From the IMG/VR virus record IMGVR_UViG_3300033148_005029: a stretch of DNA of 20,000 nucleotides; one strand, written 5' to 3'. The notes beneath the pieces are model-generated. The model had not been told where the DNA came from and ran no database searches. It saw nothing but the letters and a program-made list of their open reading frames with translations. How positions within the stretch are numbered: position 1 is the stretch's first letter; the number at the start of each line of letters is the position of its first letter. Shown here in pieces: positions 7,593 through 15,209 of this stretch. Position numbers and translations under genes: made by a program. The DNA comes from an uncultured virus (IMG/VR IMGVR_UViG_3300033148_005029). Taxonomy: Duplodnaviria; Heunggongvirae; Uroviricota; Caudoviricetes.

Positions 7593-8980
7593 CCGATCGT
7601 ACAATCGACGTTGGAAACCTGCGCTATCCCTTCGTGGAGCTGCACGCAGAGACAGGCGACCGGAAGCGTGTACCGATCACGGTCGTGAACACTGCCGAAG
7701 AGGCGTTCGCGCAGAACACGCCGAACAAGCTCGCCGTGGCGGTAGTGGACTTCTCATACACGACGGTGACGGGCGGCGCTGGCAGCACGATTTCCATGCG
7801 TGTTATTGACCCGTCATTCGACGGTTTGGAAACTCATTTCCTTCAAGCTGCAGGTATGCCTGTAGTGTGGTTCCGCTACGGTTGGCGGTTCAGCGACGGC
7901 ACAGAGATGGCGTCTGAGCTGGCTCCGATGCGGGTCACGAACTGGGAAGGCGAGTTCATTGGTAACGCGACCTTTACGGCGGCGGCGCTCACCATCACCG
8001 CAATGGACGACTCGGCGCTGCTGGGTTCGCAAGCGACGCAAATCGGGCTGAAGTCTACCGACAGCATTACTGCTGGCATCTCTGACATCGTGAACGCAGC
8101 AAAGGGGGCAACGGCCGGCAAGAAGCTTGTCGTCGAGGTGCGCGCACCCACGACGACAACGATGACCGACGCTCTCAACAAGGCGCACGGCCGCACGCCG
8201 ATCCGCTACATCAGGGATCTTCTCGCATATGCGTCAACAGACGAGCTGTTCTTGACCTACTACATGGAGTACAAGGACGGTGCTTGGCATCTGGTCATAG
8301 ACGCGGTGAAGCCGACAGCCAAGCCGCAACGCGTCTACGTGTTCTCTCGTGATCGTCAGGGAGAGATGCTGAACTTCCGCCCGAAATACAGCGGACTCCT
8401 CATTCGCGGGATTGGGGGCGGGCAGGTGGACAGCGTAGCGACGGACTCATCTACGCTGACGGCAACGCCGAAGTCGTCTTCTGCCTCAACTGACGACGAT
8501 CCGGCACATGGGAACTACTTCCCGCGCGACGACGAGATCGGCGCTCCGTCACGCATCGTCGCGCTCGCATCCCGGGAGCAGCAGCTCATAGACGCATACA
8601 TTCGGTCCCGGAGGCGTCGGGCCGACTTGGCGACGTACCCGGCGACGGCGGACATCGTCGGCGACCCGTTCATTCGTCCTATACGCAACGTGCTGGTCAT
8701 CGTCTCCAAGGGGGCGCATGCGCTTCAGGCGGCGCAGGATCTGTTCCGCGAGGGCGACTACCATCACAGCACCGGGCTCTACACCGTCATGCAGATAACC
8801 CATTCGATCACGCCGGGCGTCTACCGCACGCAGCTGAACCTGCAGAGGGGCTCAACCAACGTCGGCGGGATCAAGGCTAAGGTGACGTCAGGAGATGGAC
8901 CGAAGGGCTGGGTGCGAGAGAGAACAGCGAAGACGGAGAGCGAAGTGGAACGCGGTGTGAAGTCTGTGGGGGCGGACTGA
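7589..8980 (+). CDS. Baseplate hub protein (T4 gp27 / P2 gpD-like)
   Basis: FRYGW in the N-terminal half. C-terminal ATADIVGDPFIRP...TGLYTVMQITHSITPGVYRTQLNLQR. Lies between LysM and spike with overlapping start/stop codons. Confidence 0.75.
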   Translation: MTDRTIDVGNLRYPFVELHAETGDRKRVPITVVNTAEEAFAQNTPNKLAVAVVDFSYTTVTGGAGSTISMRVIDPSFDGLETHFLQAAGMPVVWFRYGWRFSDGTEMASELAPMRVTNWEGEFIGNATFTAAALTITAMDDSALLGSQATQIGLKSTDSITAGISDIVNAAKGATAGKKLVVEVRAPTTTTMTDALNKAHGRTPIRYIRDLLAYASTDELFLTYYMEYKDGAWHLVIDAVKPTAKPQRVYVFSRDRQGEMLNFRPKYSGLLIRGIGGGQVDSVATDSSTLTATPKSSSASTDDDPAHGNYFPRDDEIGAPSRIVALASREQQLIDAYIRSRRRRADLATYPATADIVGDPFIRPIRNVLVIVSKGAHALQAAQDLFREGDYHHSTGLYTVMQITHSITPGVYRTQLNLQRGSTNVGGIKAKVTSGDGPKGWVRERTAKTESEVERGVKSVGAD

Positions 8981-10023
8981 TGGAACCTCTCATGAAGCGG
9001 CTGCTGGAAGACGGCCCGGGGAGTCAGACGAGCTTCGGACTCTTCCGCGGCGACGTCATACGCAACGACGACCCGGAGAAGCGTGCTCGTGTGCAGGTGC
9101 GTATCGTCCAGGTTCACGGTGACGGGCTCGACCCGAGTCAGACGGTGGCGTCTGACCGCCTGCCGTGGGCGGAGCCATGCTTCCCGATGTCAGGGTTCGC
9201 CGACGGCGGGGTCTACTTCGTGCCTCCGGTGCCGTCGACGTTGTGGTGTGCCTTCGAGAACGGAGACCCGCATCGCCCGGTCTACCTCGGTGGGTGGTGG
9301 AAGAACGACGAACCTCCGGCAGAGGTGACGGACCCGGACGAGCAGCGCGTCATCAAGACTCCGGCCGGGCATGTCCTGCTCTTCGACGACGCGCCTGACG
9401 GGATCATCCGCCTCTCGCACGAGGACGGGGACCGTGAGATCATCCTCGACGGGAACACCGGCACGACGACGATCAAGAACAAGTCGGGACAGACAATCGT
9501 CCTGAACGAAACAGCACAGTCCGTCACCGTTACGAACGGAACACAGGTCATCACGCTTGACGGCGCGTCAGGTACGATCAACATTCAGAACGGCGCGACG
9601 CAATCCGCGACGATGAACGAGACGGCGCAGACGATCAACATCCAGAACGGACCGTTGCAGACCGTGCTCATGAACGCGCTGCTCTCGCAGGTCGTACTGA
9701 CGAACGGTGTGCTTCAGGTGCTCACGCTCGACGGGCTCCTGCAGACGACGCTGCTCATCAATGGTCTCGTGCAGGTGCTCACGAACGGTATCCTCGGCAA
9801 GGTGCAGATTAACACGCTGACGGTGGACGGGATCGAGCTTGGAACCGGGGCGGCGGCGGAGACATACGGAATCGTCGTTGGGGCGTTCAAGACGCTGTTC
9901 GATGGGCATACGCACGCGAAACCTGCGGGGTGTGCTGGTGGTGCGGCTACAGGTCCACCAGCTGCTGGAATGGTTGTAGGCACGGACATTTCGACCATCG
10001 TCAAGGCGAAGGCGATGCCGTAG
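8980..10023 (+). CDS. Baseplate central spike (gp5/VgrG OB-fold, beta-helix, HxH apex)
   Basis: RGDVIRNDDPEKRARVQVRI, LPWAEPC, GVYFVPPV..TLWCAFENGDPHRPVYLG, IKTPAGH, 18-19-aa beta repeats, FDGHTH near the C-terminus. Confidence 0.9.
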   Translation: MEPLMKRLLEDGPGSQTSFGLFRGDVIRNDDPEKRARVQVRIVQVHGDGLDPSQTVASDRLPWAEPCFPMSGFADGGVYFVPPVPSTLWCAFENGDPHRPVYLGGWWKNDEPPAEVTDPDEQRVIKTPAGHVLLFDDAPDGIIRLSHEDGDREIILDGNTGTTTIKNKSGQTIVLNETAQSVTVTNGTQVITLDGASGTINIQNGATQSATMNETAQTINIQNGPLQTVLMNALLSQVVLTNGVLQVLTLDGLLQTTLLINGLVQVLTNGILGKVQINTLTVDGIELGTGAAAETYGIVVGAFKTLFDGHTHAKPAGCAGGAATGPPAAGMVVGTDISTIVKAKAMP

Positions 10024-10032
10024 GGGGCAGAC

Positions 10033-10419
10033 ATGCCGTTCGTACGGGGTTCGCAGTCGCGCGGGTGCGCTTTCCCTATCATCAAGGGGCGGGAGGGCTA
10101 CTGGCCGCGTCGGAACAGCGCGGCGCTCCGGCGGTCGAGCATCATGATGATCCTCGGCACGTACCCCGGCGAGCGGGTCGGAGAGCCCGAGTTTGGTTCG
10201 CGCCTGCCTGAGCTTCTGTTCGAGCAGAATGATGCCCGCGCGATGGAGCTGGCTCGGCGGTACACTGTAGAGGCTATACAGCGGTGGGATCCGCTCGTCG
10301 GCATCGTCGGGGTGGTTGCGGAGCGTAGAGATTACGCCTTGCGCATCTACATCGACTACATCGACCGGGCTGACGAGAACACGAACGTCCGCCGTGCGAC
10401 GTTCACTGTGCGGAAGTAG
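10033..10419 (+). CDS. Baseplate wedge / sheath initiator (T4 gp25 / P2 gpW-like)
   Basis: SIMMILGTYPGERVGEPEFGSRLPELLFEQ...AIQRWDP. Confidence 0.92.
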   Translation: MPFVRGSQSRGCAFPIIKGREGYWPRRNSAALRRSSIMMILGTYPGERVGEPEFGSRLPELLFEQNDARAMELARRYTVEAIQRWDPLVGIVGVVAERRDYALRIYIDYIDRADENTNVRRATFTVRK

Positions 10420-11119
10420 GGGCAGGGACATGCTTCCAGGTGCGACCTGTGACGGCCGCGTAGACCGTGCCGGTGGAGACACCGTAGCGCTCGGAGAGCT
10501 GCCGTACGGGTACACCGTCAGCATGGCAGGCGCGCATCTCTGCGACGAGGAAGTCGGTGAGCTTGGCGACGGCGGAGCGGGTGCCGGCGGGACCGCCCGG
10601 CATCGGGACCGGGCCGGGCAGATGCTTCCAGGTCTTGCCGACGATGGCACAGTGGATGGCATCCTTGGAGACGTCGTAGCGCTTGGCGAGTTCGGGGAGC
10701 TGAGCGCCGGAGCGGAAGGCGTCGCGGGCAGCGAGAACGTCGGTAGCGGTGAGCTTCGCGCTCCCGTTGTGGGAGCCGACGTTGCGATGTGGACTCATCC
10801 TCGCAGCATGCTCCGCGTTCTCTTTGCGCGTGCAGTATTCGAGATTGTCGAGATGGTTGTTGAACGGCCGTCCGTCCCGATGGTTCACTTCGCGCCCGTC
10901 CGGTCGTGGACCGACGAACGCCTCCATCACGAGATGGTGGACGAGCGCCTTGCGCTTCTTTCCTTGGTAGCACAGTGTGACCCTTCGGTACCCGCTGATA
11001 TCCTCCAGCTTCAGGAGATCACGTCGCGTGCCGTTGGCGCGCGCGTCGCGGCGTACGCGACCGTGATCGGAAATAGAGTAGGCACCTTCCCATCCAGGGA
11101 CGTTCTTCCAATTCTCCAC
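10403..11119 (-). CDS. Free-standing HNH homing endonuclease (NUMOD4 + HNH + two tandem HTH-like repeats)
   Basis: ENWKNVPGWEGAYSISDHGRVR (NUMOD4-type), VHHLVMEAFVGPRP...VNHRDG..FNNHLDNLEYCTRKENAEH (HNH) and two AKLT...RY.VS...TWKH repeats. GTG start with SD GGAGG. Overlaps the gp25 3' end by 17 nt. Confidence 0.92.
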   Translation of the reverse strand: MENWKNVPGWEGAYSISDHGRVRRDARANGTRRDLLKLEDISGYRRVTLCYQGKKRKALVHHLVMEAFVGPRPDGREVNHRDGRPFNNHLDNLEYCTRKENAEHAARMSPHRNVGSHNGSAKLTATDVLAARDAFRSGAQLPELAKRYDVSKDAIHCAIVGKTWKHLPGPVPMPGGPAGTRSAVAKLTDFLVAEMRACHADGVPVRQLSERYGVSTGTVYAAVTGRTWKHVPAPTSAQ

Positions 11120-11134
11120 GAGTACCTCCGTTTC

Positions 11135-11143
11135 TGGTATACT
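11135..11143 (+). promoter_or_regulatory. Extended -10 element (TGgTATACT) facing the baseplate wedge gene
   Basis: Same TGnTATACT motif as at 2156-2164, 24 nt upstream of ATG 11168. Confidence 0.4.
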
Positions 11144-11145
11144 CC

Positions 11146-11174
11146 ATTCTGCGTGAAGGTGTAGCTCATGTCAA
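11146..11174 (-). promoter_or_regulatory. Sigma70-like promoter for the HNH gene
   Basis: The minus strand reads TTGACA (11174-11169), 17 nt, CAGAAT (11151-11146): perfect -35 and spacing, 4/6 -10. Confidence 0.45.
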
Positions 11175-14100
11175 GCACGCTGCCGCCAATAGATTACACA
11201 GCCAGAAGTTACGCTGAGATCAAGGCAGCCCTCGAACGCCATGTTCAACTCTACTTTCCCGGATCATGGTCCGACTTCCTCAACTCGAACCTCGGCGAGG
11301 CGATACTACAGCTGACGGCTTACGTAGGGGATCAGCTCGGCTTCTACCTCGACCGGCAGGCGAACGAATGCTACCTCTCGACCGCGGTGCAGCGCGCGAA
11401 CATCGTGCGGCTCGCGGAGCAGCTTGGGTACACGCCCAGCACGGCGTCACCAGCTCTCGTACCGGCACGCTGCACGCTGGAGCTGGCACAGATTGACCCG
11501 GTCGTCATCGCGGCCTACAGCGTTCTCAGCGACAAGAACGGGACCGAGTACGAGTTTCTGGAGAACGTGAGCGTCGCGGCCGGCGTCACGAACACCGTCG
11601 ATCAGCCCGTCACCGGCGAGGTGCTCACGACGGCGAACGGGAGCGACCGCGTCTTCTCTCTCAAGACGACGAACGACAACCTGACGCTTGGTAGCGTTAC
11701 GGTCTACTTCACCATCGCGGCGCAGAACTACGTCATCAATGTTGGCTCCGACGGGAGCATCACGCTTCCCTTCGGCGGCTCTGGCACGCTCGACTACGAC
11801 ACTGGTGAGTTCGACCTCGTCTTCGCTGTCGGCGGAGAGCCAGACATCGCGACGACGATCACGGTGGACTACCAGTGGTCGCAGCGCATCACCGCGTACG
11901 AGGGGCGGACGTACGTCAACGTCGTCAGCTCGGACGGTACTCCGTCGCAGCGCTTCCAGTTGCCGCGTTCACCGGTGCTGCTCGACCCGCTCGTGCGAGA
12001 CGAAGATGTCGATCCGAACCCGCTTCGGTTGGAGGTCTGGGAAGGCGACCCGGCGGCGCCCTTTGGAACCGCTGCCGGCACGCAGTGGACCCGCGTCGAT
12101 TCGCTCGTGACGGCCGCAGTAACGGACGAGGTCTTCCAGGTCATTCTCAATGAGAACGACGAAGTCACCATCCTGTTCGGGGACGGCGCCAACGGGAAGA
12201 TCCCACCTTCCGGCACCGACAACCTCAGCGTCATCTACCGCGTCGGCGGCGGCCTGAAGGGCAACATCGCCATCGGCTTCATCGACACGACGCTGACCGG
12301 CACTGCGGGCCTCGCGACCGTCACCGTCAAGGTCTACAACTACCAGACCGGCACGGGCGGCGCAGAGCGGGAGACGGCGGACGAGATCCGCATCAACGCG
12401 CCGCGCTGGCTCAAGACGAACGACACGGTGACGACGGAAGAGGACTACGACACTCTCAGCGCGGGGTACGTCCTCCCGGGCGGCGGGACCATCGCACGCG
12501 CGAAGTCGCGGTTGACACCCGCGAGGTCGTTCGCCGCGCTGACCATTCACACGGGCGTCCTGCTCGGGACGTTCGGGGCGGCGCCTGCGCTGGCGACGTT
12601 CTTCCGCCTCCCCGCCTCCCCGCTCGATGCCAGCAGCATCCGCGTCTACTACCGCGTCGCGAGCGTCTCACAGGTGGCGACGGCAATCGACCTCGGGTTG
12701 GGTTCCGCGCAGCTCAGCGGTGTGAGCCTCGACATCGCGAATCGGCTCCGCATCGATCAGATCAACTTCAGCGGCATCTCCCCGGCGGGGTTCAGCGGCG
12801 ACGGCACGACCATCATCTTCCTGACGGCGACACCGCTCGACGCACCGATCTTCCCGGGCTCGCTCATCCTGTCCTACACCATCGGCGGCACGGACTACGT
12901 CGCCTACGACGACGGTGCGGGGGAGCTGATCGGGGCCAACATCTACGGTCCGTCGGCGCTGGGGAACGGCACCGTCGACTATGTCACCGGGGTGGTGTCG
13001 CTTCGCTTCGGCTCGCAGGCGACGAAGCTCAGCGGCAACGCGGAGACATACGATTTCAACGCGATCAACGGCGGCGCCAACGTCTTCCTGAGCGTGGATG
13101 TAGACGGCGCAGGCGCGGCGACCATCACCTTCACGTCAGGCGCCTTCGTGAGCTTTGCGGCAGCGACGGCGGCGGAGGTGCGGACCGTCATCAACGGCAT
13201 CATCGCGGGACTCGCGTCGGTCGAGTCGGGCAAGGTACGGCTGACCTCTCCGACCTACGGTGTGACGTCGAGCTTGGAGGTCGGGGCACCGGCGAACGAT
13301 GCGAACGACGTGCTCGCTTTCGCGCTGCCGGTCGTGAACGGTGCGGACTACCCACCGGACAGCTCTACGCTGCTGGCCTTCTCGTATGAAGCGGCGCTCT
13401 ACTTCCTCTTCACCGCGCTGCCTGACGCGCTCTCTGACGTCACGATGGACGCACAGAGCGGGCCGACGGTCGAGCAGCTTCCGACGAACAACATCGAGGT
13501 CTACACGTGGAGCTTCGACTCCGTGGGGCTGCTCGTTCCGCCGTCGGACGCGCTGAAGGACTCGCTGAAGACGTACCTCGACCTCCGCCGTGTGCTTGGT
13601 ACGTCAATTGAGGTGCTGTCGGGGTTCAACGTCTCTATAACGCTTTACCTGACCGTTACTTATGATGTGAAGGTGCCTGTTGCGGAGACGAACGCTCTCA
13701 TCATTTCGACGCTGGAGGCGTTCTTTCTCTCGCAGGTGAATGTCGAGGCAGGCTCTGACGTTCCGCTCGCGAGCGTCTACGCGGCGCTCTACCCGCTTTT
13801 CGGCGTGGAGACGCTTGTCATTCAGGACGTTGCGCTCGACGTGCCTGTAGCGACCGGGGACGGCGCGACGGTGCTCTTCCGCGACGACGGCGAAGCGCCC
13901 GGTCAGCATGTGTCTTCCGGCAAGCTGCCGATGGTTGGAGGTGCGGACGAGATCAAGGCTTACCGCGGCTTGACGGAGGTCGGGACGAGCGACGCAGGCA
14001 CGCCGGTCGCGAACCTTGCTTCGGGTGGTGGGCATCTCACGAGCAGCTGGGTGAACCTGCAGACGGGTGATTTCGAGCTGCGCTTCACGGTTCCGCCCGC

Positions 14101-14242
14101 GCGCGATGAAGTCGCGTCGCTACGATTCAAGCTTGACGAGGTCTCATCCTCGTCCGGTGTCGCGCTGTGGAACATCGCGATTGAGGAATGGGAGATCGCG
14201 GCGCTCGGGTCCGTGTACGTCAACGGTACGCTCATCAGCTGA
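11168..14242 (+). CDS. Large baseplate wedge protein (T4 gp6 / baseplate J-like) with inserted domains
   Basis: IDYTARSYAEIK...WSDFLNSNLG...AYVGDQLGFYLDRQANECYLSTA...LGY, ILFGDGANGKIPP, YRVGGGLKGNI, GGAERETADEIR.NAP...VTTEEDY. Confidence 0.92.
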   Translation: MSSTLPPIDYTARSYAEIKAALERHVQLYFPGSWSDFLNSNLGEAILQLTAYVGDQLGFYLDRQANECYLSTAVQRANIVRLAEQLGYTPSTASPALVPARCTLELAQIDPVVIAAYSVLSDKNGTEYEFLENVSVAAGVTNTVDQPVTGEVLTTANGSDRVFSLKTTNDNLTLGSVTVYFTIAAQNYVINVGSDGSITLPFGGSGTLDYDTGEFDLVFAVGGEPDIATTITVDYQWSQRITAYEGRTYVNVVSSDGTPSQRFQLPRSPVLLDPLVRDEDVDPNPLRLEVWEGDPAAPFGTAAGTQWTRVDSLVTAAVTDEVFQVILNENDEVTILFGDGANGKIPPSGTDNLSVIYRVGGGLKGNIAIGFIDTTLTGTAGLATVTVKVYNYQTGTGGAERETADEIRINAPRWLKTNDTVTTEEDYDTLSAGYVLPGGGTIARAKSRLTPARSFAALTIHTGVLLGTFGAAPALATFFRLPASPLDASSIRVYYRVASVSQVATAIDLGLGSAQLSGVSLDIANRLRIDQINFSGISPAGFSGDGTTIIFLTATPLDAPIFPGSLILSYTIGGTDYVAYDDGAGELIGANIYGPSALGNGTVDYVTGVVSLRFGSQATKLSGNAETYDFNAINGGANVFLSVDVDGAGAATITFTSGAFVSFAAATAAEVRTVINGIIAGLASVESGKVRLTSPTYGVTSSLEVGAPANDANDVLAFALPVVNGADYPPDSSTLLAFSYEAALYFLFTALPDALSDVTMDAQSGPTVEQLPTNNIEVYTWSFDSVGLLVPPSDALKDSLKTYLDLRRVLGTSIEVLSGFNVSITLYLTVTYDVKVPVAETNALIISTLEAFFLSQVNVEAGSDVPLASVYAALYPLFGVETLVIQDVALDVPVATGDGATVLFRDDGEAPGQHVSSGKLPMVGGADEIKAYRGLTEVGTSDAGTPVANLASGGGHLTSSWVNLQTGDFELRFTVPPARDEVASLRFKLDEVSSSSGVALWNIAIEEWEIAALGSVYVNGTLIS

Positions 14243-14250
14243 GGTATGAC

Positions 14251-15198
14251 ATGCAGTCCGTACCAGGTAGCTCAAGCCCCTCGGGAAAGCTTCCCTACGA
14301 TATCCCCGAGGGCTCGACGCCGTCGGGAGCTGCGAACCTCGCGAAGGTTCGGGCGAGGGACGACGGCACAGGCGCGACCGAGCTGGTGACTGTCTTTCAG
14401 AACTCTGAGCAGGTTCTCGCGCGTGACGGTGGTGGTACCTTCCTGCACGAGAAGAGCTTCAGTCTTGCGCCGCCGTCAGGCACGGGATCGTACTACATCG
14501 CGGGGTTCTACGAGGCGCCTGCTACCGATGCGAACCTGAACCAAGGTTCGACGACACAAGCATATGGCTCGGCGAATCACTTCTACGCTGCTCATGCTTT
14601 TCTCGTCGCTGGTGGTGCTGGTACGGCGACAGGTGGCGCGGGGGCCGTCACTGTCACCGTCACCGGAACGTCGTTCACCGACGCGGGTGTGCGTATTCCT
14701 GGTGACTCGGAGACCATCGTCGCCGACATCACCGGTGCGGCGCTGAACCAGTATTTCGAGACGGCGAAGAAGTGGCTCGGCTTAGTTACCTTCACTCTCG
14801 ACGTTGGTGCGACAGGTCATACAGCCTACGCCTTCGATTTCAACTATGGTTGGTGCAAGTACGACGACCGTATCAACACGAACTTCATCCTTCAGTCCAT
14901 CGAGTGCGTAGGTCTCGCAGGCGCGAACGACAGCGGCTTCAACATCGAGCTGCTGCATCACAAGGCGGCAGGCTGGTTGTACTCCGCTGCGGCTTTCGCT
15001 CCCGGAGTCGTCATCTACGACATGAACACCGACCATGTGACGGAAAAGAACCTCGTCAGTGGCGAGTATTTCGCATGGAAGAGAGGGAACCTGGCGACAG
15101 CTATAGCAGGCTCTGCCAGCGAAGGCTTCATCGTGCGGATAACCATCGGCGCGAACAACTCCGTGAACTATATGGACGTCCACATAGGTACCGAGTAG
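14251..15198 (+). CDS. Hypothetical protein, probably virion structural (Gly/Ala/Thr-rich, beta-rich)
   Basis: Open frame with coding-like codon bias. SD GAGG (14241-14244) favours ATG 14251 over 14188. No family recognised. Confidence 0.7.
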   Translation: MQSVPGSSSPSGKLPYDIPEGSTPSGAANLAKVRARDDGTGATELVTVFQNSEQVLARDGGGTFLHEKSFSLAPPSGTGSYYIAGFYEAPATDANLNQGSTTQAYGSANHFYAAHAFLVAGGAGTATGGAGAVTVTVTGTSFTDAGVRIPGDSETIVADITGAALNQYFETAKKWLGLVTFTLDVGATGHTAYAFDFNYGWCKYDDRINTNFILQSIECVGLAGANDSGFNIELLHHKAAGWLYSAAAFAPGVVIYDMNTDHVTEKNLVSGEYFAWKRGNLATAIAGSASEGFIVRITIGANNSVNYMDVHIGTE

Positions 15199-15209
15199 GA
15201 GCGTAGACA

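Noticed and set aside
10316..11164. 282-aa plus-strand ORF that would keep the operon co-directional
   Set aside because: It is the shadow of the minus-strand gene, which has clear NUMOD4 and HNH motifs and an SD.
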